Source: Leucoraja erinacea | Lineage: Eukaryota | Reading direction: 5' to 3' | Assembly: GCF_028641065.1 (NCBI RefSeq) | Contig: NC_073409.1 | Location: forward strand, 11,408,001-11,472,000 | DNA length: 64,000 nt | In this document: positions 1-10,200 of the stretch, in pieces | Layout of the letters: each line of letters starts with the position of its first letter | Position numbering within the stretch: the first letter of the stretch is position 1 | The notes under the pieces: model-generated | Seen by the model: the letters and a program-made list of their open reading frames with translations, nothing else | What the model was told of the DNA's origin: nothing | Databases searched by the model: none | Made by a program: the position numbers and the translations under genes

Positions 1-690
1 CATGGGTGAAGCCACTTAATAAATTCCTGGAACTGTCATCTGGATTCTAGAACACTGTTTGGTGTCTTGTCATTTCATTAAATCTGATATTCACTCGGAA
101 CATCACTGCCTAGCCAAGAGGTCCTCTAGCAGCTGCAGGGTTTGAAACACTTCTTCCTCAGATATTACATTAGTAAACCTTAAACCAGCTGAATCCAACA
201 CAGTTCCTCTGTAAAGCTTCCTATTGAAGGGTTTATGTTGCGGCCCACAGCTCCCAGTGGCTCTTGTGGCCAACGCCTTCCTGTTATCTAATCTTCCAGT
301 CACATTCACAGCCGAGGTTTGGATTGAGGTGGGTAATTTTGAGCCGTAACTCCATCCATGGCTCAGTTATTGGCACGATAATAAGATCATATGTCATCGA
401 ACCAGAATTAGGCCAATTTTCCCATAAAGTCTGCAAGGCCATTCGATCTTATCTGTACTTGGGACTTTGGACTTTTTTTTTTACATGAACAAATGTTTTT
501 TAATGTAATTGTTTTTTGTTAATTATGTTATATAAGAGGTTACCATGGTTACAGACCTTTATGTTGCTGCATTTATATGCTGCTGTAAGTAATAATTTAA
601 TTGTTCCGATCTTGATACACATGGCAATTAAATACTCTTTACTCATGACATAATATAGAGAACAAGACTGGAAAGTTTAACAAATTCAGT

Positions 691-696
691 TTTAAT
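691..696 (-). terminator. Candidate polyadenylation signal (ATTAAA) of the selenoprotein gene
   Basis: Plus strand tttaat = ATTAAA on minus, about 80 nt downstream of the SECIS hairpin. Confidence 0.55.
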
Positions 697-776
697 GAAA
701 GTGACAATATGACAGCAGGTTATCTGTGTACAACAGACTGACCAATGACAATGTTTGCAGCAGATCCCAAACAGGG

Positions 777-854
777 GAAGCACCGTTTCTGATTTCTGTT
801 CATGTCTTCACCACCAGCTTTAGGGGAAAACAATCATTGACAGAATGGAGCTTC
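777..854 (-). promoter_or_regulatory. SECIS element (selenocysteine insertion sequence), probably type I
   Basis: Minus-strand RNA: GAAGC U CC A UUCUG-UCA-AUGAU-UGUUUUCCCCU-AAA-GCUGGU-GGUGAAGACA-UGAA-CAGAAAU-CAGAA AC GG U GCUUC. AUGA core at 837-834, 11-nt helix II arm, apical AAA at 821-819, GA at 801-800, and a long helix I. Confidence 0.85.
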
Positions 855-980
855 ATCAATCTGAACCGTAAACTGATGTCAGGTTCCTCAGTCTCTGCTA
901 TAATACAGTGCAAGTTTTCTTCTTGATCGTAATGTTCTCCCCACTTATAACGTTCTGCATCAATCCATCCCTCGCTGCCT

Positions 981-1049
981 TCACTGCCGCAATGATCTGA
1001 GGGAATTGGAGACAATATTTTGTACACAAGAGCCAACAAAGTCCAAAAG
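981..1049 (-). CDS. SELENOW2: Rdx-family selenoprotein (SELENOW2/MIEN1-like), exon 4 (terminal): LLDFVGSCVQNIVSNSLRSLRQ*
   Basis: Acceptor tttgtgtttttcgaag; phase 0 matches exon 3. LLDFV resembles the LIEAI helix that starts MIEN1 exon 4. SECIS and ATTAAA follow downstream. Confidence 0.65.
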   Translation of the reverse strand, partial: LLDFVGSCVQNIVSNSLRSLRQ

Positions 1050-2224
1050 CTTCGAAAAACACAAACATTGTTATTGTCAGAGTTTCTCTCTCACACGTTG
1101 GAGGCTGGCGGACATGTTCAAAGATAAATTAATTCAATGTGTATCAACATGGACTGTGGACACGGGGCAATCCTAGAAAAGGCTGCTCGCTCCGTGTGTG
1201 CACCCTCCCTCTGAAAATGACCATTGTTACAAGTTGGAGAAGGACCAGGCACTCCTTCCTCAACGTGTCTCAACTGCATTTCGTTCTCTCTGTACTGTAC
1301 ACTGACAATGACAATTAAAGTTGAATCTGAATCTGAATCTGAATCGGTCTCCTGATTCAGTAGTATTGGGAATAGTTCTTTATCTATTTTCCAATCCTAT
1401 CCCTTCATACCCTCAATATTTAAACATGAATCATTTGGCACCATCAGTAGTCACCAGGGTAGAGAATTCAGAAGATTCACTGCTCTCTCAGTGAAGACAT
1501 TTCTTCTCTTCCCGCCCTAAAACCATGGTCTCTTATCCGGAGACTCTGCATCGCCCCAGATTTCAACCTGACAAACAGCCACGACCCTGACCGTGAAATC
1601 CCTTCACACAGTTCTTTCTTAATGAGATCATCTGTCATTCTTCAGTGCTGCAGATCTTTGTTAAACTCCCCTTGTGATGCAGCCCCTCATCCCCAGAATC
1701 AATCCAATGAGTATACACTGCACCGACAAGGCAATATTTTCCTCCGTCCCTCTAGTGGTGCAAGCCCTGAACTAGCTCAACAAATCCGTCTTATTTTCTT
1801 ATTTCTGCATCCCACACCCTTACTGTAGCCAGGGGTTTGCCTGGATTAGAGGACTTCAGTTATGGTGAGAGATTGTATAGGGTGGGCTTGGTTTCCCTGG
1901 AGTGAAGGGCACTGAGGGGGTGATCTGATGGGCACTGTTTGGAGAGATTGTTCAAATCTTGTTCCCATGGTAGAGGATATTAAAAATGCCAAAGGTTTAG
2001 AGTGAGAGGAATGAGTTTTAAAGGAAATCTGAGGGAGGATTTGTTTTGTTACACAGAGTGGTTGATATCTGGAATTCACTGCCAGAGGAGGCGGTGGAAT
2101 CTGATACAATCACTATATTTAAGATACATTTATATGAACTTTAATATGGAAGGCATAGAAGGATATGCAGGGATCTCTGCTGAGACCTCTGCTGTTTGTG
2201 ATATATATAAATGACTTGGACATA

Positions 2225-4540
2225 CAGTGTATTCAGAAAGTATTCAGACCCCTTCACTTTTTCCACATTTTCTTATGTTACAGCCTTATTCTAAAATTGA
2301 TTAAATACATTTTTTTAATCAACATACATTTTTTTAATCAACAACCTACACACAATACCTCATAATATAAAATCAAAAACAGGTGTTTAGAAATTTTTGC
2401 AAAGTAATTAAAAATAAATAACTGAAATATCACATTTACATAAGTATTCAGACCCTTTGCTATGACACTCAAAATTGAGCTTCGGTGCATCCTGTATCCA
2501 TTGATTATCCTTGAGATGTTTCTACAACTTGATCGGAGTCCACAAGTGGTAAATTAAATTGATTGTACATGATTTGGAAAGAAACACACCTGTCTATATA
2601 AGGTCCCTGCAGAGCAAAAACCAAGCCATGAAGATGAAGGAATTGTCCGTAGACCTCCGAGACAGGATTGTATCGAGACACAAATTTGGGGAAGGGTATA
2701 AAACAATTTCAGCAGTGTTGCAAGTCCCAAAGAGCAGTGGCCCTGTCATTTAAAATGGAAGAACTTTGGAACCACCAGGACTCTTCATAGAGCTGGCTGC
2801 CCGGCCAAACTGAGCCCAGCCAAACTCGCTCAAGGAGAAGGGCCTTGGTCAGGGAGGTGACCAAGAACCCGATGGTCACTCTGACAGAGCTCCAGAGTTC
2901 CTTTGTGGCAATGAGAGAAACTTCCAGAAGGACAACTATATCTGCAGCACTCCACCAATCAGGCCTTTATGGTAGAGTGGCCAGACGGAAGACACTCTTC
3001 AGTAAATGGCACATAGGCACTTGACACTTGGAGTTTGCCAAAAGGCACCTAAACAAGATTCTCTGGTCTGAGGCCTGAATGCCAAGCGTCACGTCTGGAC
3101 GAAACCAGGCACCGCTCATCACCTGGCCAATACCGTACCTACGGTGAACCATGGTGGTGGCAGCATCATGCTGTTGGGATGTTTTTCAGCGGCAGGAACT
3201 GGGAGACTAGATAGGATCGAAGGAAAGATGAACGGAGCAAAGTACAGAGAGATCCTTGATGAAAACCTGCTCTAGAGCTTTCAGGACCTCAGACTGGGGC
3301 GGAGGTTCACCTTCCAACAGGACAACGAACCTAAGCACAAGGCCAAGTCAATGCAGGAGTGGCTTTGTGACAAGTCTGTGAATAGACAATAGGTGCAGGA
3401 GCAGGCCATTCGGCCCTTCGAGCCAGCACCGCCATTCAATGTGATCATGGCTGATCATCCCCAATCAGTACCCCGTTCCTGCCTTCTGCCCATATCCCCT
3501 GACTACGCTATCTTTAAGAGCCCTATCTAGCTCTCTCTTGAAAGTATCCAGAGAACCAGCCTCCACCGCCCTCTGAGACAGAGAATTCCACAGACTCACA
3601 ACTCTCTGTATGAAAAAGTGTTTCCTCGTCTCCGTTCTAAATGACTTACCCCTTATTCTTAAACTGTGGCCCCTGGTTCTGGACTCCCCCAACATCGGAA
3701 ACATGTTTCCTGCCTCTAACGTGTCCAAACCGTTAATAATCTTATATATTGCAATAAGATACCCTCTCATCCTTCTAAACTCCAGAGTGTACAAGCCCAG
3801 CCGTTCCGCATATAACAGTCCCGCTATCCCGGGAATTAAACTTGTAAACCTACGCTGTACTCCCTCTATAGCAAGAATGTCCTTCCTCAAATTAGGGGAC
3901 CAAAACTGCACACAATACTCCAGGTGTGGTCTCACTAAGGCCCTATACACCTGCAGAAGGACCTCTTTGCCCCTATACTCAACTCCTCTTGTTATGAAGG
4001 CCAACATGTCATTCGCTTTCTTCACTGCCCTTCAATGTCCTTGAGTGGCCCAGCCAGAGCCCGGACTGGAATCCCATCGAATATCTCTGGAGGGACCTGA
4101 AAATAGCTGTGCATCGACGCTCCCCATCCAACCTGACAGAGTTTGAGAGGATCTGCGGAGAAGAATGGGAGAAATTACCCAAATACAGGTGTGCCAAGCT
4201 TGTAGCTTCATACCCAAGAAGACGAGGCTGTAATCGCTGCCAAAGGGCCTCAACAAAGTACTGCATGAAGGATCTGAATACTTATGTAAATGTGATATTT
4301 CAGTTATTTATTTTTAATTATTTTGAAAAAATTTCTGAACACCCGTTTTTACTTTTTTAATATGGGGTATTATGTAGAGATTGATGATTAAAAAAATGAA
4401 TTTAATCCATTTTAGAATAAGGCTGTAACGTAACAAAATGTGGAAAAAGTGAAGGGGTCTGACCACACATTTCACTGTACCAATTGGTGCAGGTGACAAA
4501 TAAATGTATCTTGTATCTTGAATACTTTCTGAATGCACTG
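2225..4540 (+). mobile_element. Tc1/mariner DNA transposon with a degenerate transposase and an internal CR1 insertion
   Basis: TA-flanked ~230-bp inverted repeats (CAGTG.ATTCAGAAAGTATTCAGACC). Transposase remnants include [23 protein letters not shown] and FQQDNEPKH, with frameshifts. Confidence 0.9.
3384..4033 (-). mobile_element. 5'-truncated CR1 LINE inserted in the Tc1 transposase
   Basis: ORF 3465-4025 is a CR1 ORF2 C-terminus ([13 protein letters not shown]). The Tc1 sequence gtgaat/gtccttgag is split around it, with an apparent aat duplication. Confidence 0.9.
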
Positions 4541-5575
4541 TAAATGTAGACAGGTTGGTTACTAAATTTGCCGATGACACCAAGTTGCTGGTGTCGTGGA
4601 CTGTGAAGAAAACTGCCAAATTATACAGTGAGATAGGTTAGCTAGAGAAATGGGCAGAGAAATGGCAGTTGGAGATTACTTTAAGCAAGTGTAAGATGTT
4701 AGACATAGGGAGATAAAATGTAAGGGGAAAATATACGATTTATGGCATACCTGTTATTACCATTATAGGTAGGACGTGGAAGCTTTGTAAAGTGTACAGA
4801 GGAGGTTTACCAGAATGATGCCTAGCTACAGGGAAAAAGGTTGAACAGACTTAGATTGTTTCCTCTGGAAACCAAAGGTTGTGGGGAGATCTGATAGAAT
4901 TATGAGAGGCATAGATAGGGTAGACAGTCAGAACCTTTTTCCATGGAAGGAAAAAATAAATAGTAGCGGGCATAGCTCTAAGGTGGGAAGGGCAAAGTTT
5001 AGAGGAGTTGTGCAGCAGTAGTATTTTTACAGACAGTGATGAGGGCTTGGCAAATAAGACCCTTTTGGATAGGCATATGGACATGCAAGGAATGGAGAGA
5101 TATGGATTACATGCAGGCAGATAACAGTTGGTCTTGGCATCATGTTTGGATTAGACTTGTGGGTTGACAGGCATGTTCTTGTGTTTTACTGTACGATGTT
5201 CTATGATACAATTCTATTGTGCGCTAATGGGTTTAGCGAAGATGACCAAAAAGGTTCCATAGGCATGCTGGGCAGAAGGGCTTGTTGTGTGCTGTACAAC
5301 TCTGACATTAACACCATTTGGTTCCTATCTGCCTGCTACTTCTTCATTGCATTTATACTGGGTATATATTTTGGCAGCACTGGTGTTGAGTGTATCTGTA
5401 GACATTTATGGCCAGATTGAATGATGGGGAGGTGGCCACCATCTTGGGTCTCCTGTAGAGAAAGGGCTGCATGCCCCCTGCTACTGTGACATCCAAACGC
5501 TTCCTCAGGGAGTTCAAAAATGTTCACTAAGATCATGGCTTAAGAGTGAGCAACCTTCCCACTTAACAATTAATT

Positions 5576-5825
5576 GCGGCACGGTGAGATAGCGCTTGAT
5601 CTACTGCAGGAGACCCTGGTTTGATCCTGACTACGGGTGCTTGTCTGTACGGAATTTGTACGCTCTCCCCGCGCCCTGCGTGGGTTTTCTCCGAGATGTT
5701 CGGTTTCTTCCCACACTGCAAAGACGTACAGGTTTGTGCAGGTTAATTGGCTTGGTGTAAATGTAATAAAATGTCCCTAGTGTGTAGCGTAGTGTTAATG
5801 TGCGGGGATCAGTGGTTGGTGCGGG
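5576..5825 (+). mobile_element. tRNA-derived V-SINE-like element
   Basis: A/B-box-like head followed by the V-domain core ctgcgtgggttttctcc...ggtttcttcccacac..caaagac. Confidence 0.75.
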
Positions 5826-5827
5826 CT

Positions 5828-5832
5828 GGGGG

Positions 5833-5874
<42 letters not shown>
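5828..5874. repeat. Poly-G tract
   Basis: A run of about 45 G; may be a sequencing or assembly artefact. Confidence 0.8.
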
Positions 5875-5875
<1 letters not shown>

Positions 5876-6217
5876 GAGACATTCAGCAGTGGTTCTGTGG
5901 TGCATCTTCCTGCTATTTTATGGCCTAGAATTCACTGATGAATCTGGACCTTTGAGTGGGAATTAATTGAATGTGAAGGAGAATCATTTAGAGGATATAA
6001 TGAGGACAGAGCAGAAAATAGGACAGTTGAAATTACCAGGCGCCCACATGTTTCAATGGATTGAATGTCCTACGATTACTCTGAGGCAGGTAGCTCAGTA
6101 TTCCTGGGAATAACACCTTAATGACACTTCAGGGTTCTGGATGTGATTATACCAACACATGCCGACATCGCATTGTTCATATTACTGAAAAAACTGCTTT
6201 CTAACTCATTTACTCAC

Positions 6218-6294
6218 GTCGCCATGGTGAGGGAATGTATTTGATTGCAGTTTAGAGAAAACCAACTTATTGTTAATTGTAACTTCAAAACTTC
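6218..6294 (-). CDS. SELENOW2: Rdx-family selenoprotein exon 3: GSFEVTINNKLVFSKLQSNTFPHHGD
   Basis: Acceptor ctcctcag, donor gtgagt, 77 nt, phase 1 to 0. Contains the Rdx signature GxFE(I/V)x(I/V)N...VFSKL...FP. Confidence 0.92.
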
Positions 6295-6839
6295 CTGAGG
6301 AGACAAAGAAATATAATTTGCAGCATTTCACAAACCTGATGCAGTCTCTGCCCAAACTGAAATTGGTTTAAACAGCTGGAGTTCAGGGGGAACTGGCCTC
6401 ACCCTGAATGCTTCACCTGTGTTAGACCATGATAGGCTGTGAATTATAGCTTTATCATCTTGGTTGAGTGTATTAGTTACTTCAATGGGCCGAGGAATGG
6501 CAGACGGAGTTTAATTCTGATAAATGCAAAATGTTGCATTTTGGTAGCATAAACCAGGGCAAGACTTACAATGTAAATAATAGGGCTTGGGGAGTGGAGT
6601 AGAAAGAGACCTAGGGGTGCGGGTATATAGTTCATGAAACTGTTGACATAGGTTGATTTGGTGGTGAACAAGATGTCTGCCATGCTTGCCTTCATCGGTC
6701 AGGGTATTCATTATAGACGGTAGAGACAAAATGCTGGAGTAACTCAGCGGGACAGACAGCATCTCTGGAGAGAAGTAATGGATGATGTTTCGGGTCGAGA
6801 CAGCCAATCCCCCGACATCAGTCTGAAAAGGAGCGGCTG

Positions 6840-8095
6840 ACTCCCCTGGAGCCATGTTCTGCTTGGGTAGTTTGAACATTGAAGGAACAAGGAACTACAA
6901 AAAAAATGTCACAAGGTGCTGGAGTAACTCAGAGGGTCAGGCAGCGTCCTTTGAGAACAAGGATAAGTGACGTATTGGGTTGGAACCCTTCTTCAGACTA
7001 ATTTCGGGGGAGGGGGAAGAAAGTTGGAAGAGAGGAGGGGCAGGACAAAGCCTGGCAGGTAATAGGTTGATGCAGGTGAGTGGGCTTTTTTTTAGGCAAA
7101 CAGTTAGAAATTAGACGAAAAGATGAGATGAAAAGTAAATCAAAGGAGAACTGTAGAGGGTGAGGACAGGTTCCGTTGGCCGAGAAGAATGTTCATAAAA
7201 GGAAATTGATTGGTCTCTGTTCAAGGAAGAACCGGGGAGCCTTTAGATCTTCTTGATAGGGGGTGGAGGTGTAAAGGGGCTAGATGCCCATGGTAAAAAT
7301 TAGGCGATAGGGTCCATGAAACTGAAAGTTGTTGAGTTGAAAGGCGTGTGAGGTGTCACCACCGATTTAAGTCAGAAAGGACTGGTCGGGGGGGGGGGGG
7401 GGGGGATAGGATGGAATCAAGGTATTTGGAGGTGAGTTCTGTGGGGCAGGAACAATGGGTCTGCCAGGGCAGTCTTAACCGTGGATTTTGAGAAGGAGTT
7501 AGAAGCAAGCAGTGTGGGGCTGGGGTGTGTTACATTTGGAGGCTGTGGAGGGAGATGACCAGAGGTGATGAGATCAGAAACAGTCTGGGAGATGATGGCC
7601 TGGTGTTCGACTGTACGATCACGGTCGAGGGGTAAGTCGGGGGTATCCGAGTGCTGGTGCCTGGTCGACGGGTTGAATTTGTATGAACATTGAATTCTCC
7701 AATTTTAGATAATTCCCCCCTTCTCCTCCCACCCTATCTCCCCATGTGCCCCATCTGGATATTCCCCTATTTATCCACCAACCCTCCCCTTCCACCTACA
7801 TTCCTCCCTCTAGCTTCACAATTCGCAACTCTTCAATCTTCTTGTTGCACACCTTCTGTCTTTTCATCTCTGGTCTTTGAGCACCTGTCAAAAACACCCT
7901 CACCTGTAATCCACCTATTACTTGCCAGGCTTTGTTCTGTTCCTCTTCTCACTCGACCCAACAATCAGTCTGAATAAGAGCCCTGACCCAAAACGTCACC
8001 TATCCACATTCTCCAGAGATGCTGCCTGACCTGTTGAGTTAGGCCAACACTTTGTGTCTTTTTATGTAAATCAGCACAAGCAGGTTTCTTGTTTC
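6840..8095. mobile_element. Penelope-like retroelement remnants with inverted terminal segments
   Basis: Inverted copies of the gatgctgcctgacc..gagttactccagc terminal motif flank a degenerate minus-strand coding fragment. Confidence 0.55.
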
Positions 8096-8427
8096 TACAA
8101 TTGCCCAAGACATTGGTACGGCTACATTTGGAGTACAGTGTACAGTTCTGGTCACCCTGTTAGAGGAATGATGCCATTTAACAGGAAACGGGTGCAGAAA
8201 AGATCTATGAAGATATTACAGGGGAGGAGGGGGCAGAGGTTGTGGAGAGGTTGTTCCCTGGGAACCAGAAGGAGGTCAGATATCAAGGTGGTCCCAGTGG
8301 TGATGATCAGAGCTGTTTCAAAAGTCAGGGGAGCCTCTGAGTTGGCGAATAAAGAATCTAAATGAGATGCGATTCTTACAGAACGTTGGGCAAATTAAAG
8401 CCTGCATTATGTGATAGGTCCACTCAC

Positions 8428-8525
8428 CTTTCTGTCCTATGAAGCCGGTGATGTGCGCCTCTGGAATTTGCTCCTTAATCTCAGTGGCAAGGAACAGGAA
8501 ACGCGCCAGGAAGCCTCATCCGGCA
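8428..8525 (-). CDS. SELENOW2: Rdx-family selenoprotein exon 2 with in-frame Sec UGA (8518-8516): (C)AGUGFLARFLFLATEIKEQIPEAHITGFIGQK(G)
   Basis: Acceptor ctctgtccccag, donor gtgagt, 98 nt, phase 2 to 1. Completes the CxxU motif, and Rdx-like similarity continues past the UGA. Confidence 0.92.
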
Positions 8526-9071
8526 CTGGGGACAGAGTGTCAGAATGACAAGCGGCACTAGCGCCATCCGCCCCACAACCCGCTGTCCCAGTGAGTGACG
8601 GTGGAGGCAAGCCCTGCTGGCTGTACTTACCCCTGATTAGCTCAACAGCATTGATGTTGAACTAATCTGCACTATCTTGTAGTCACAGTCCAGCCACAAC
8701 CAATAGCCCATAATACTCGGAGAATGCAGCCGCTGCAACTCAGGAACAGCTTCTTGCCCTCTGTTATCGTCTGAATTTGTAGTCTGCAGGGCAGTACTCT
8801 GCATATCGCCAACTTGTCCTTCATACCCTTGGATAATGTCAGATTCACCTGCACCCTTGACATGGACGTTGTCTCTGGAACTGGTGCACTAAACTACACT
8901 ATATATTCTATCCTTTGCTCTATCTATTGAGTTTGGTTTGATTGTATTTATGTGTAGTAATATGTGATGGGATGGGACAAAAGGCACAACAAAGCTTTTC
9001 ACTGTACCTCGGTGCACGTGACAATAATAACCCTAAACCAATTCCCGGGACGGCAGACACACCCCACTCAC

Positions 9072-9211
9072 CAGTACTCCACCTTGACATCCACTTTGTG
9101 TTCGCCTTCGTACATGCCCCCAGCCAGGCTGCTTTCCGCCAGGCTTTGTTGGCTTTCCGTGGGGATATCATCATAAGGCGGGACGCCGCAGCCACATCCA
9201 CAAGGCCTCAT
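9072..9211 (-). CDS. SELENOW2: Rdx-family selenoprotein exon 1: MRPCGCGCGVPPYDD...GGMYEGEHKVDVKVEY(C); start uncertain (ATGs at 9376, 9211, 9115)
   Basis: Ends TAC TG|gtgagt; TG plus the first T of exon 2 gives Cys. VKVEYC is the typical SELENOW2/MIEN1 first strand. ATG 9211 has A at -3. Confidence 0.8.
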
Positions 9212-9400
9212 CTTCCAGGCGACGACCGCCACCTGAGCCCGGGGCCCCGTTGACGTCCCGGGGTCTCTTGTGACCACTCGCCGCCCAGAGCCGCGCACAG
9301 CCAGGCAGGCACCACTGACGTTGCCCCACCCGAGACCGTCCCAGGCCCAGCGGGTGGTTTGCAACACACCGGACATCGAAGCCAGGCCAGCACTTTGAAT
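9100..9400. promoter_or_regulatory. CpG/GC-rich 5' region of the selenoprotein gene
   Basis: High GC and CpG density over exon 1 against an AT-rich background. Confidence 0.5.
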
Positions 9401-9939
9401 TCCAAATAAAACTAAATGCTGGAAATCAAAGATCTTATAGGATTTTTGTTAGAAATGGTCGGGCAGGAGAAGGGAGGCAGGGAAGAGCTCGCCAGCTGAC
9501 CCACCTGCGGTCGGCAAATGAACAAAGTGAAGGTCGGCTCGTTTGTTGCTTCAAATTCCAGCATCTATGACCTGCGTCCACTGAGCAGCGGTCGATGCCG
9601 ATGTAAAACAATGTGTCGGGAATAACTGCAGATGCTGGTTTAAATCAGAGGTAGACACAACATTCTGCCGTAACTCAGCGGGACGGGCAGCACCTCTGGA
9701 GAGAAGGAATGGGGCACGTTTCGGGTCGAGACCCTTCTCTCCAGAGATGCTGCCTGTCCCGCTGAGTTACTCCAGAATGTTGTGTCTACCTCCGATGCGA
9801 AACTTCGCACAGACGGAACACACACTGAGCACATAAGATGCTGATGAATGGAAAGTTCTGAGGCTTTATCACCAAAGGCTTCAGCGGAGATGTGGAGAAG
9901 TAAGATACAATCTTTCTAACTTTCCTCTTTTGCTTTATT

Positions 9940-10200
9940 GTAGCCAGGACGGCAGCTAGGACAGTGCCCTTCCTGCTGGAAGTGGTAGACCAGGGAAACT
10001 TCCAGTGTTCCCGCTGACTACACCTGTGGGCAACGTGTCCAGTTCCAGCTCGTAACTGGTGGCATTGAGTGGCTGGAAGTGCAGTTGGACTCATCCTGGA
10101 CCGTGATGCTGAGAGCGTCATAGGTAGGAATTTCAATGAGGTCGTCACACCAGGTAGACGAGTAACTCCCAGGAAAGGCAGAGTGTTAGGTATGGAGTGC
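9940..10200 (+). mobile_element. CR1 ORF1 (zinc-finger/leucine-zipper region) remnant
   Basis: Degenerate CPSC..W...VPADYTCG...QL......LEVQLD pattern, resembling CR1 ORF1. Confidence 0.55.

Larger units (their letters stand above)
2170..5210 (+). mobile_element. CR1 LINE RT/3' fragment interrupted by a Tc1 insertion
   Basis: LLFVIYINDLD at ~2185-2222 resumes at 4541 with KFADDTKL and the CR1 3' end. Confidence 0.75.

Noticed and set aside
40-85. Second SECIS-like ATGA...AAA...GA pattern on the minus strand
   Set aside because: Spacing between ATGA and AAA is too short, pairing is weak, and it lies beyond the ATTAAA signal.
103-309. 68-aa minus-strand ORF near the window start
   Set aside because: No ATG start or convincing splice acceptor, and no recognisable family motif.
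800-1039. 79-aa minus-strand ORF (LALVYKILSP...) as a separate gene or a USP50 exon
   Set aside because: No recognisable homology. It overlaps the selenoprotein last exon in another frame and runs through the SECIS, so it is better explained as 3' UTR.
5336-5452. Alternative phase-0 last exon for the selenoprotein (acceptor ccctttctctacag; ETQDGGHLP...MKK*)
   Set aside because: The peptide does not resemble the Rdx C-terminal helix and no SECIS follows it. It cannot be excluded as a minor isoform without RNA data.
5631-5938. Poly-Pro and poly-Gly ORFs
   Set aside because: Produced by the poly-G tract plus SINE sequence.
8428-8525. Reading the in-frame TGA as a nonsense mutation (pseudogene)
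   Set aside because: The TGA is at the CxxU position, downstream exons keep frame, splice sites and family motifs, and a SECIS is present.
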